A DNA stretch of 64,000 bases, from assembly GCA_051294375.1 (NCBI GenBank), contig CM119267.1:9726163-9790162 (forward strand), written 5' to 3'. This document shows, one piece after another, positions 40,901 through 53,188 of this stretch (positions within the stretch are counted from its first letter, which is position 1; each line of letters opens with the position of its first letter). The notes under the pieces are model-generated. The model saw nothing but the letters and a program-made list of their open reading frames with translations. It was not told the DNA's origin and did not search any database. The DNA is from Paraspadella gotoi (taxonomy: Eukaryota; Animalia; Chaetognatha). The position numbers and the translations under genes are program-made.

Positions 40901-41627
40901 GAGACTGCAAGCGCCACCTTAAGGAATTCCTAAAACTTTAAAGTATAAAAGACTTTCGTTGTAAAGATATATACCAACTAAATGTAGCCATTAATAATGG
41001 CTGGCATAGATGGGAAAGCGTCAGAAACCTTATAGAATGTTTTGGTTACCCTGACATTTATCATATTTTCAAAATTAGTCATGAACAATTCATGAAACGA
41101 ATAACTTTGACGAAAAAGAATTTTTTGTCTTAATTCTATGAAAATATAGAAATGATCTCGCAGCTTAGTTTTCCTTCACGTTAACCTCTTAATTCAATTT
41201 TTATTTGTTTGGTTTATTTTGTTGCTGATGTATGCTACTGTATCATTCTTGATTTGAAATAAAATTCTCAATTATGAAAACACATCTCACATTAAAATAT
41301 CGTTACGGTTTTAACAGGATTTTACTTGTAGATACTGGAAAGAGACCAATAAATATGAAAATAAAAAATACAACTAAAAAAGAACAAAAACTAAAACGAA
41401 AAGGTGAAAAAAAACATGCTCGACTAATCGAATTTCGGCGCCAAATCGAAAAAAGTTTCCCGCCCAAAATCCTTACCGTCTCACCGGAATCTTTGCGCGG
41501 GTCCTTCGATCTTCCCTGCCCAATCTCACCCACTTGGATCGAGGTGGAGCGGCTGTCGACGATAGGGTGGTAAGGTAAGTCAGCGTTATTTCCATATTTC
41601 TCCCCATTTTTACTTAGTTTTTTTTTT

Positions 41628-41723
<96 letters not shown>

Positions 41724-44274
41724 TTGTCCCATTCTCTTTCTCTCTATCCCCTCATCTCGCTCCAGCACCTTCGGCTTCTACGATCATCGTCGTCGTCATC
41801 ATCATCATCATCGTCCGATCCTGAATCTTTGACTCCCGAGTAACCGAAAACCACGGATTTTCTTATGTCTCTGTCGATTTTCTCCGTCATCTTTCCCTCG
41901 ATGTTGAGAAGCTTGTGCGCCAAGCCGCCTGGCGGCGAGAAAACGATATCGTCCACGTTCCACGGTATATTTTTCATTCGTTGTCGTCATTGTAAAATAT
42001 TATACCGCTCCTTGTTTAATTTCAATCTCCTAATCTGTTCTTACGAATTCGACCAATATGTTTACTTGTCTATTGTCAGACTTGGAGGCTCAGGGTTTAG
42101 TCCGATTTTTGATTTTCTCTGAGATTTTTTATGCTTTTATGGATATTTGATGTGAATTAAAATTAAAACGTTTATCGCTACGTACTTTATTCATATTTTT
42201 TTTTTCAGAGGAAGAGATTCACGAAAAAACCTACGTCGGACTCATTATGTGTCAAACGCTAAGGCATCCGTCAAGAATTTCTGAGACGGCAAGCTTTATA
42301 ACTGGAATACATTAATGATTATCAGACATAAACTATGGGTATGTATGTGGCTACTCCCTTGTTACGGTTGTAATGGTTACATGAAAAGAGAATGCTCCTG
42401 GATTTGAACTCGCAACCTCGAAATGCTCACAACTCGGCAATTTAACAATTAAAATTATTTAAAAGATTGTTCATTTATATACTTTACAACATCTAGTTTA
42501 AGCTTAATTAGTCTTAGGTAGCGCGCTCAACGCTGAAGCCAAGAAATCGGCGGTTCGAATCCTGGCGACCTTATATTTTTTAACTTAGTTGCTAAGTCCC
42601 AAAATTGACCATAGAGCATTGGCTTACAGAAGGGGAGTAGCGATATACGTACAAGGCGAGTATTTTACCCAAAAAATCCCGCCTCAATAACCGTAACTAT
42701 AAGAGCTATAGAGCTACTACTGTACTAGATATTACTAGATATTACTGTACTAGATTTCAAATCCCTCACCTGATGCTCCCTTCAAAATGTTTCTCAATTC
42801 TTCCGTCGCCTGATCGTGAAGTCGCTTCTGTACCAGTTCTTCCTCCGCGGCTTGCGCCTGTCGCGATCAAACAAAACAACTCGCGGTGCATGGATCGATG
42901 GAGGGACAGCGGTTTAAAGAAAACTATAAGAGCGCTTAAGACTTGACGTTTAATACGCAAGCGCGGTGCAACTTCGTCCAGATCAGTCAAAATTTCAACG
43001 TTTCGTTAAAAAAAAACCTTTGTATTCCAATTCTCTATTATCCAATTTTCTAATAATCTTTAATTTATGATAATTTCCAAATCAAAGTTTATTTGTTTAC
43101 AAACAACGGGTTTTATATTCCAAAAAGTATTCTCTATAACTAAAAACCCAACGAAATGAAAGTGTTCACATAATAATTGCCAAATAATCCCTTTTCCATA
43201 ATCTCTAATTCCTATTTCCTGATAATCCATGAAACAGTCGCGACTAACCCATATAATATTGCACCTTGGTCAAAAGATTGTGAACTTTTCCAGTGCTGAC
43301 GGACAAGAGTCTCTTTATGTTGACCGCCACCAACCCGTCGGGATTCGCCGCGTTTTTCAAAGCCTAAACCGAAAAAAAAAAAGGCTGACGGTTTAAGCCG
43401 GAGTTATCTTATTTCCGCGGGTAACAAATAAGTTAAACCCCGCCCATTGCAATCGGCCACCATTGGTCGATCGTGGTTTTATTCAAAATCTCAACCTTCC
43501 TCTCCGGAGATTCGTTGAAGATTTTTTTTTTTTTTTTATTCAAACATTTATATTGCCGTTCGTTTCAAGAAATAATTAAAAGAACAAGAGTTAGAATAGC
43601 GACCAAAAAAAAACAAACAAAAACGCAAAAAAAAACAAAGCATTAAGTAATATACAAATAAGCAAACAAAGAAAGAACCTTGGAAGCTTTATTCCTGGCC
43701 TCTTCCCATTTTAACTTCTTGCTGATGTTGTGCAACTTTTTCTCCGCGTCTTCTTCGCCCCGCATGGGGGAAAATCGAGAGGAATCATCCTACTGAGGAA
43801 GAGGGGGAGGGGAGAAAAAGGAGGAGTAGGAGGGGGAAGAGACCGGAGGAAATGGGATTGTTATTGATTATTATTGTCAATGTGATTCCATCTGCTCCAG
43901 ACACTAAATTTTATTTTTGCTTCTCTCGAAAATAAACAACGAGATTGGTTTAACTAATATAAGGGAGTGGTCTTTTCATACAATTGAAACATTCTTTGAA
44001 ATATTATACAACTTTATTGAGAGGGAAGCCAGGTACTCTGGGAGTGAATAAACAAGACTGTGTGAGAGTCTTGATTGAAAGCTTGCAGGGACCAGCTATG
44101 TCATTATCTTGTAAGAGTGATGGAGGCCTTAAACCACCAAAACCTGACCAAAGTCATTTAACCATTATTTATTTGAGAGAACTTCTAGTTTTTAACCTGT
44201 TCCTGCCTATTGTCCACGGAGAGCTGGTCAGGTTGTCGAGAATGAATGGAGAGCGAGCTCGTCCCGCGTTGCAT
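37962..44274 (-). CDS. C2CD6: C2CD6/ALS2CR11 (CatSper-tau)-like C2-domain protein; 13 exons (44274-44197, 43789-43679, 43363-43265, 42857-42770, 41552-41477, 40706-40533, 40222-40021, 39758-39630, 39393-39214, 38952-38856, 38779-38621, 38480-38433, 38083-37962), ~520 aa
   Basis: Exons join in frame, assuming one GC donor at 38620. Core HVFDIARSIC...AEIEVEMCFGYGMFGYGYSNQL...SIFIRPDPGPE resembles my recollection of the mammalian ALS2CR11 domain (HLYEVIQKGC...RLEVEFMFSYGNFGYGFSHQL...SMF). In-frame TGA upstream of the ATG at 44274. N- and C-terminal exons are less certain than the core. Confidence 0.75.
38255..38390. repeat. 8-bp minisatellite (CAGTGGGC/T)n in the last intron of the C2CD6-like gene
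   Basis: Directly visible tandem units. Confidence 0.9.
40745..40920. mobile_element. Second HINE/DINE-like copy (gap-interrupted) in a C2CD6-like intron
   Basis: Shares TTGCG.CGCGAGT, GTCACTTTTC, GGTCGGTCGGTATGTCTGTCC, GTCCCACT.ACG.TAAAAAT and TCAAATCTAAG..ACTGC with the 18570 copy. Confidence 0.5.
41630..41722. repeat. (CTTT)n microsatellite
   Basis: Directly visible. Confidence 0.95.
42330..42700. mobile_element. Degenerate tRNA-SINE-like remnants in inverted orientation
   Basis: B box GGTTCGAATCC at ~42552 (+) and a degenerate minus-strand B box at ~42400. Imperfect inverted ends GCTACTCCCTT / GGGGAGTAGC and GTTACGGTT / AACCGTAAC. Confidence 0.3.
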
Positions 44275-44394
44275 GTTCGATCGGTAGTTCGGGACGCTTC
44301 ACTGAATACTAAATTGCGAAAAGCTCAATACATTTTTTTTTCAACTTTGAAATAATGTTACGAAAAATATCAATGTTAGATAAACAAAACTCAC

Positions 44395-44520
44395 CTAATT
44401 TAAATAGACCCAGCGTCAAATATTTATTTTCTCTAGATAAAACCGCAAAACGAAGAACGGAACGCAGACAAAGTAAACTAAATTTTCAAGCGCCATTTTA
44501 GACGGAAAACGGAGCGGGGT
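44395..44520 (-). promoter_or_regulatory. Probable 5'-UTR exon and core promoter of the C2CD6-like gene (duplicated at ~49879-50005)
   Basis: Consensus donor AG|GTGAGT at 44395/44394 upstream of the ATG exon; YY1-type AAAATGGCG at 44491-44499 on the minus strand. Confidence 0.4.
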
Positions 44521-44784
44521 TTTTTTTCAATATAACGAATAAATTATAAAGTTAGTTTATCATTTTAAAATATTGATTGAAAGAAGACTCCCTACATTAC
44601 GAAAACAACAACGACAACAACAACGACGACGCCACTCTCTCGACTCCCTCGCGACTCGTTTCCTTTAAATGTCAAAATTGAAATCCCGCTAGATGACGCT
44701 GGTCGCTTTGGAACGCCGGTCTTTTGTTTTCCGGGAGGGCGTCGTCGGGCACGCCTTCTCGGGTCATCGCCATGGCTTGGGTCT

Positions 44785-44960
44785 TCAAATGTCAGGCTCG
44801 TCTCTTGTCTCTTCGACGGAGATTACGATCGACGGCGTCGGATTTGACCGTAATGAGGCGACGGTCGTTTGAGGCTTCGATTTTGAGGCGTGCCGTGCCT
44901 GCGCCAATTCGATAGCGAATTTAGCGAGAGCCCGCTGCGGTGCTTGCCCGTCATTGACGG
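44785..44960 (-). CDS. Putative terminal exon of an unidentified minus-strand gene (VNDGQAPQRALAKFAIELAQARHASKSKPQTTVASLRSNPTPSIVISVEETRDEPDI*)
   Basis: Good acceptor (tattattctttcag), GC-rich open frame to a TGA. The copy-2 version carries a 1-bp insertion. Upstream exons are unresolved. Confidence 0.3.
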
Positions 44961-45050
44961 CTGAAAGAATAATATGGGACTAACGTTTAAAGGAACAGTT
45001 TGAATATTTTTGCAACGACAATTTATTTAATTTTAGACGAACAATGTTTT

Positions 45051-45092
45051 GGCGCTGATGAAGGCTCGAATTTGAGCCGAAACATGTTCGTC
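45051..45092 (+). ncRNA. Minimal type-I hammerhead ribozyme motif
   Basis: GGCG-CTGATGA-A-GGCTC(gaattt)GAGCC-GAAA-CATG-TT-CGTC. Conserved core, 5-bp stem II, palindromic ACATGT minimal stem III, 4-bp stem I GGCG/CGTC with one G-U pair. Predicted cleavage after GUU at 45088. Confidence 0.75.
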
Positions 45093-46277
45093 TATCATTA
45101 AATAAATTGTTGTGGCAAAAATATTCAAACTGTTCCTTTAATCTACAAACACAACAAAAAAGAAAGGATTTACACATAGGGACTAATGTTATAGCAGAGT
45201 TGCAGAAGATTAAATATATATAGCAGTAAGTGCGAAAATACTTTGCTTTTCTCTGTTTTATTATGAAAATTAATGTGATCTTGGGTTAGAAATATTATTT
45301 ATACGCTATAGCTTAATTCTTATACCACTATATCAAGACTCCAAGAGATCATAAGTATAATGATTTGATATAATATGATATGATATATGACAAGATATGA
45401 TATGATCATAAGGATAATGATATATTAAAGAAATCATTATAATAATGTGATAAATGGTTGTTTTCTAAGTACTCAAAAGCCAAATTTTTACGTGCCTATT
45501 TTCATTTGCCCCCCACACCGATAATTTTATTCATATTTTATAAAATGGTAACTCATCAGACAAAGCTTTTTTTTATTAAAGATACAAAAATTTGGGTGAA
45601 AGTTTTGCAATTTTCATATCCACAGAGTAAAGCAATTGCGTCGCAAATGTCATGTGGTTAAAAAGAGAAAACTTAAAGCTTTTGCTGCGCGGATGCGATG
45701 ACGTTAAAAGCTCTCTCACTTCAAAAAGGTCAACAGAAAATCCGGAATTTCTTCTTGTTGTTCACGTTATCGTCTTTAATTTTCTTGTCTTACTTTCTCT
45801 CAACTGAACCGAGGCTATGAATCACCAATGGAATGGCCGTTATTACGGAGTTGCGGTTTGTGGGCGTTTTGCCAAAACGAGAAGATTCCATAGCAGAGAG
45901 AAAATATTTCGAGCTCGTAGCGAAATTTTTGTTCGATTTTCGAGAAATTCACTTGCGTTTCGATCGCATGGTTAATCAATAATCAATGTTCCCTTTACAA
46001 TCCCCGTTACGTTCAACATCTGTGACTCTTCATGAAAATACCGTATCGTTGACGTCAGTGTCCAATGTGTCCGCTGTCTAATTTCCCATCCAATCTTTTC
46101 TTACGTCTTCCCTTCCCGGTAATGTAGACATCTAGTAGCATCTGGTGGCATCTGGTGGCATCTGATTGCGTCCTCACCGAGAAACTCGTTAATTTCCTTC
46201 TGTTTACACTTCTGCTCCTTTTTCAGGGAAGATTCGACGGCTTTAGGTTTCAATCAAGGAATAATCTCTCTCTCTCT

Positions 46278-46355
<78 letters not shown>

Positions 46356-47650
46356 CTCCAGTCTCTGCCGAATCCACTCATCCACTTCCATTAATAAATC
46401 CCCAAATCCTTTCCGAGTCTTCAAATCCGAGCAAACAAGCCAGCGCCGACTTATTTCGCACCGCCTCATTGCGGCGTTCCTTGGCGGCGCCATATCCTGC
46501 TCCCCCTTTTTGCCCGCACATGGTTGAAAGGGCCCTTTAACTTTATATTCCATCCTTTGCCGTGCCCAATAGTCCCGTAACTTTCGGCAACTTGTGTAAA
46601 ACAGTTTTGTCAGTCTAATCCATAATCCATATTGCTCCGGGATATTCTTAACATTAGTCCTCGTTATTCTCGTCCAAGCCGTTCAAAGCCGCACCATTCC
46701 TCAGCTTGCCAGTCTCGGGCATGCCATATTGCCCCGTGCCATTCTGCTCTTCGCGTTATTGCCTTTCGGCTCGAAAGGCAGTTGTATCTTAACCCTTTTC
46801 GCCGTTTGTCCGTCGCCACTGGCTCAAAACTGCCGACGACGACGACGACGACGACGACGACTACTTTCTACCCCGCAACTTCGAACGGCCTACTATCGAC
46901 ACTTTTCCCCTTCCACCTTCAGAAACCAAAACCTCGCCCTCACCCCCACGAATCACTAAGCAGTGAACAGTGAACACCCTCGTCACAATTCTTAAGCACC
47001 TCGTCCTCCGATTTGCGCTCCTTAAATCTAAGACATTTCTCTTCAAACTTCTTTTCCTCTTCTCCCGCTTTTATCTTCTTCACACTCACCGCTCGTTTCC
47101 GGTCACTTCACAGTTTGCGATGCCAATTTTAAAGTCGCGCTCGCCGCTTACCCTTCACCATTCACGAATTCGATTCGGCATTGCCCTTCCCTACACCCCA
47201 ACTCTCCCCACCCAAAGGAGCAACCTTTCACTCCCCATACCATTATTCACCACTTACCCAAGGCGTCGCTCACCCTTTGCTTAACACCCTTTTTATTCAC
47301 GCTTTCGCTTTCACGAGTTCTCTCTCACTTCCGTCTCACCACTCGGGCGCCAACGCGCGTGAGTTAGAATCGCGTTTATGAAAGATTCTGGGATCAAGGG
47401 ATCCAAGTCATGCCGCCCCTTCCCCAACCTTTGCCGCCGCGCCCTGACTGAAATCCCCACACCCGCCAACCAAGATTATCACATCTCTTCTCTTCGCCGT
47501 ACCGATTCACTAAAACCCCTTTCTTCTTTCACAGAATTTTCACTCGATTCGCCCACCAGCCCCTCGATCCAGATTCTCTTTCTTTCGTATGACTATGAAG
47601 TATGAACTGAAACCCTTCCTTTTTATGTTTTTGCTCGCCCTATCCTTTTC

Positions 47651-47692
<42 letters not shown>

Positions 47693-49380
47693 CACCCCCT
47701 TTTTTTCTTTTAAAGTCTAAAAAAATCGCCTTTGATCCTTTTGCGTCTTCGTCGAAGCGAAAAAAATGGAATTTCGAACGACGGGGAAGAAAACGGGACA
47801 AAAATGGATAAAAAAGGACAAAGAGCTGTAGACAAAAACGACAGAGAGAACATGAAAGGACCAAAAAATAACAAATACATTAAGAAACGAAATACAACAG
47901 AGCTATGAGTTGTTTTTTTTTTTTTCTTTCTGGAGACTCAGTTGTTAACATCAGGTTAAACTATTTTCATTTTAAGTAAACAAAGGATAGCAGACAGAAA
48001 TTAAAATAAAATAATAAAATAAAAAAATAAATAAAATAAAATAAATAAATAAAATAAAATAAAAATAAAAATAAATAAAATAAAATAAAATAAAATAAAT
48101 AAAATAATATAAAAAAATAAAAAAATTAAAATTAAATAAAAAATAAAAATAAAAAATAAAATAAAATAAAATAAAATAAAAAAAAATAAAAAATAAAAAA
48201 AAAATAAAAAAATAAAAAATAAAAAAATTTTAAAATTAAAAATTTAAAAATTCATATTAATTTGAATCGTGCTTTTGTCCGTCGGGTGCCGACTGCCGAG
48301 TTCACCGGGAGTCTTTGAAAAATCAGCATCTGTCGTCACCGACGCCGCGGCGTCGGCTGCGGCGCCAGCTGCCAAACATCTAGGACATCCGCGGCGTTCA
48401 TCCGTCCCGCAGTTCGGTCGATGAATTGGGACGAACAAATAAGGGATTTGAATGGAGAATGGAGAAAAAAATCGTTGGGGATGAAAGGAGGAAAAAAAAA
48501 GGAGCAAAGAGAAAAAAAAGAAAGAAGACGAAGAAAGGAGAATAAAAGCGAAAGTAGAAAGGAGAAGAGAGAAAAGAGAGAAAAGAGAGAAAAGAGAGAG
48601 AAGAGAGAGAAAGGGAGAATCGAAAAGTGAATGGTATAACTTTGAGAGATATGGGTAGACAAAGATAGACGGACAGACCAAAAGAAAAAGATAAGAGGGC
48701 AAACAGAGAGAGACTAGACAAGGTTGAAAAAACATACGGAGAGAAACTAAGACACAGCCAGACGGAAAGACAGACGCAAAATGCAAAATGCTTCGGCCCC
48801 TTTTTCCTTCTTCCCCTCTCACGAATGCGTCGACCCGTCTCAGAAAATTATTGGCCGGGCCATAAAAGTTGGCTACATCACCTGTAAGGGAGCCTTAAGG
48901 CTCGAACCTACACGCCCTCCCATGAAAATATAAAAGCGCGACCGAGAATGTAATTATGCGTCGTCATCGTTACGAGGGGGCGTGGCGAACGTGGCGTGGG
49001 GTAAACGTAACATCGAGGGGTTTCGGGTAAAAAGGGGACAGCGAACGGCGACAACAGAAGTGTAGAGAGAAACGATAACGCCGTGGAGAGAGTGTTTCGG
49101 CAAAGTGGGCGTGCCCGCGGAAGAGGGAGAAGGGACGGAAAAGTAAGACGAAGAGAAAAGGAATGTAAACCTTTCACGGCAATCGACACTTCCCCCCCCC
49201 CGTAAGTCCTCTCTCCTCCGCCACCGATCCCCCAATCTTCGCGTCCAAATTCTCGCCTTGGGCCAAGAATACATTTTCTCTCTCTCTCTCTCTCCCCTCT
49301 CTCTCCGCATTCATCTGCATTCATCTCAATTTTCGATTCGCTCCTTCGCTTTTCTCCGATGTACCGGGAATCAAACCGTC

Positions 49381-49450
49381 GGCGATTGGGTCGAGTGGCT
49401 TCGGTCGTTGGAGCGTGAACAGGAGGGTCGTGGGTTCGAGTCAACGTCGC
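49381..49450 (+). mobile_element. tRNA-like SINE head remnant (duplicate at ~54858-54927)
   Basis: B-box region GGGTCGTGGGTTCGAGTC and GCGA...TCGC ends; no intact cloverleaf. Confidence 0.35.
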
Positions 49451-50538
49451 AGGAAATCTGACCTCGAAGGATGACTCTGTCCGAGGATGGGTGATTTCTT
49501 GAGGAGGATTAAGTTTTAACTGAACTCTGAAAAGATGCGAATTAGGAAAGAGACTAAAGTACAATTAAAACCGATAGATACAAAATCTGCATTCTAGTAC
49601 CAATAGGAAATTACAAACGTCTTTCAACATCTTCCTTCTTTAAACCGGCAGAAAAAAGAGAGAGACTTCTAGTTTTTAACCTGTTCCTGCCTATTGTCCA
49701 CGGAGAGCTGGTCAGGTTGTCGAGAATGAATGGAGAGGCGAGCTCGTCCGCGTTGCATGTTCGATCGGTAGTTCGGGACGCTTCACTGAATACTAAATTG
49801 CGAAAAGCTCAATACATTTTTTTTTCACTTTGAAATAATGTTACGAAAAATATCAAATGTTAGATAAACAAAACTCACCTAATTTAAATAGACCCAGCGT
49901 CAAATATTTATTTTCTCTAGATAAAACCGCAAAACGAAGAACGGAACGCAGACAAAGTAAACTAAATTTTCAAGCGCCATTTTAGACGGAAAACGGAGCG
50001 GGGTTTTTTTTCAAATATAACGAATAAATTATAAAGTTAGTTTATCATTTTAAAATATTGATTGAAAGAAGACTCCCTACATTACGAAAACAACAACGAC
50101 AACAACAACGACGACGCCATCTCTCGACTCCCTCGCGACTCGTTTCCTTTAAATGTCAAAATTGAAATCCCGCTAGATGACGCTGGTCGCTTTGGAACGC
50201 CGGTCTTTGTTTTCGCGGGGAGGGCGTCGTCGGCAGGCCGCCTTCTCGGGTCATCGCCATGGCTTGGGTCTTCAAATGTCAGGCTCGTCTCTTGTCTCTT
50301 CGACGGAGATTACGATCGACGGCGTCGGATTTGACCGTAATGAGGCGACGGTCGTTTGAGAGCTTCGATTTTGAGGGGTGCCGTGCCTGCGCCAATTCGA
50401 TAGCGAATTTAGCGAGAGCCCGCTGCGGTGCTTGCCCGTCATTGACGGCTGAAAGAATAATATGGGACTAACGTTTAAAGGAACAGTTTGAATATTTTTG
50501 CAACGACAATTTATTTAATTTTAGACGAACAATGTTTT

Positions 50539-50580
50539 GGCGCTGATGAAGGCTCGAATTTGAGCCGAAACATGTTCGTC
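50539..50580 (+). ncRNA. Identical second copy of the minimal hammerhead ribozyme (in duplication copy 2)
   Basis: Same 42-nt sequence as 45051-45092. Confidence 0.72.
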
Positions 50581-51749
50581 TATCATTAAATAAATTGTTG
50601 TGGCAAAAATATTCAAACTGTTCCTTTAATCTACAAACCAACAAAAAAGAAAGGATTTACACATAGGGACTAATGTTATAGCAGAGTTGCAGAAGATTAA
50701 ATATATATAGCAGTAAGTGCGAAAATACTTTGCTTTTCTCTGTTTATTATAAAAATTAATGTGACTTGGGTTAAAATATTATTTATACGCTATAGCTTAA
50801 TTCTTATACCACTATATCAAGACTCCAAGAGATCATAAGTATAATGATTTGTTAATATGATATGATATATGACAAGATATGATATGATCATAAGATAATG
50901 ATATATTAAAGAAATCATTATAATAATGTGAATAAATGGTTGTTTCTAAGTCTCAAAAGCCAAATTTTACGTGCCTATTTTCATTTGCCCCCCACACAGG
51001 TAATTTTATTCATATTTTATAAAAGGTAACTCATCAGACAAAGCTTTAATTTTTTTTTATTAAGATACAAAAATTTGGGTGAAAGTTTTGCAATTTTCAT
51101 ATCCACAGGTAACAATTGCGTCGCAAATGTCATGTGGTTAAAAAGAGAAAACTTAAAGCTTTTGCTGCGCGGATGCGATGACGTTAAAAGCTCTCTCCTT
51201 CAAAAAGGTCAACAGAAAATCCGGAATTTCTCTTGTTGTTCACGTTATCGTCTTTAATTTTCTTGTCTTACTTTCTCTCAACTGAACCGAGGCTATGAAT
51301 CACCAATGGAATGGCCGTTATTACGGAGTTGCGGTTTGTGGGCGTTTTGCCAAAACGAGAAGATTCCATAGCAGAGAGAAAAATATTTCGAGCTCGTGCG
51401 CAAATTTTTGTTCGATTTTCGAGAAATTTCTCTGCTTTCGATCGCATGGTTAATCAATAATCAATTGTTCCCTTTACAATCCCCGTTACGTCAACATCTG
51501 TGACTCTTCAATGAAAATACCGTATCGTTGAGGCAGTGTCCAATGTGTCCGCTGTCTAATTTCCCATCCAATCTTTTCTTACGTCTTCCCTTCCGGTAAT
51601 GTAGACATCTAGTAGCATCTGGTGCTGTGCATCTGGTGCATCTGGTGGCATCTGATTGCGTCCCACCGAGAAACTCGTTAATTCCTTCTGTTTACACTTC
51701 CTGCTCCTTTTTCAGGGAAGATTCGACGGCTTTAGGTTTCAATCAAGGA

Positions 51750-51823
<74 letters not shown>

Positions 51824-52312
51824 TCTTCTCTCTCTTCCCTCCAGTCTCTGCCGAATCCACTCATCCACTTCCATTAATAAATCCCAAAATCCTTCCGAGT
51901 CTCAAATCGAGCAAACAAGCCAGCGCCGACTTATTTCGCACCGCCTCATTGCGGCGTTCCTTGGCGGCGCCATATCCTGCTCCCCTTTTTGTCCCACATG
52001 TTGAAAGGGCCCTTTAATTTATATTCCATCCTTTGCCGTGCCCAATAGTCCCGTAACTTTCGGCAACTTGGGTAAAACAGTTTTGTCAGTCTAATCATAA
52101 TCCATATTGCTCCGGGATATTCTTAACATTAGTCCTCGTTATTCTCGTCCAAGCCGTTCAAAGCCGCACCATTCCTCAGCTTGCAGTCTCGGGCATGCCA
52201 TATTGCCCCGTGCCATTCTGCTCTTCGCGTTATTGCCTTTCGGCTCGAAAGGCAGTTGTATCTTAACCTTTTTCGCGTTTGTCCGTCGCCACTGGCTCGA
52301 AAGTGCCGACGA

Positions 52313-52347
<35 letters not shown>

Positions 52348-53141
52348 CGACGACTTTCTACCCCGCAACTTCGAACGGCCTACTATCGACACTTTTCCCC
52401 TTCCACCTTCAGAAACCAAAACCTCGCCCTCACCCCCACGAATCACTAGCAGTGAACAGTGAACATGAACACCTCGTCACAATTCTTAAGCACCTCGTCC
52501 TCCGATTTGCGCTCCTTAAATCTAAGACATTTCTCTTCAAACTTCTTTTCCTCTTCTCCCGCTTTTATCTTCTTCACACTCACCGCTCGTTTCCGGTCAC
52601 TTCACAGTTTGCGATGCCAATTTTAAAGTCGCGCTCGCCGCTTACCCTTCACCATTCACGAATTCGATTCGGCATTGCCCTTCCCTACACCCCAACTCTC
52701 CCCACCCAAAGGAGCAACCTTTCACCCCCATACCATTATTCACCACTTACCCAAGGCGTCGCTCACCCTTTGCTTAACACCCTTTTTATTCACGCTTTCG
52801 CTTTCACGAGTTCTCTCTCACTTCCGTCTCACCACTCGGGCGCCAACGCGCGTGAGTTAGAATCGCGTTTATGAAAGATTCTGGGATCAAGGGATCCAAG
52901 TCATGCCGCCCTTCCCCAACCTTTGCCGCCGCGCCCTGACTGCAATCCCCACACCCGCCAACCAAGATTATCACATCTCTTCTCTTCGCCGTACCGATTC
53001 ACTAAAACCCCTTTCTTCTTTCACTGAATTTTCACTCGATTCGCCCACCAGCCCCTCGATCCAGATTCTCTTTCTTTCGTATGACTATGAAGTATGAACT
53101 GAAACCCTTCCTTTTTATGTTTTGCTCGCCCTATCCTTTTC

Positions 53142-53188
<47 letters not shown>

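Noticed and set aside
41575-41765. Plus-strand GTAAGT donor and polypyrimidine-CAG acceptor suggesting an antisense intron
   Set aside because: Explained by the minus-strand branch/pyrimidine tract and the (CTTT)n microsatellite.
52107-52874. 255-aa ORF in duplication copy 2
   Set aside because: The frame is not preserved in copy 1 (split across frames), composition is low-complexity and no domain is recognisable.
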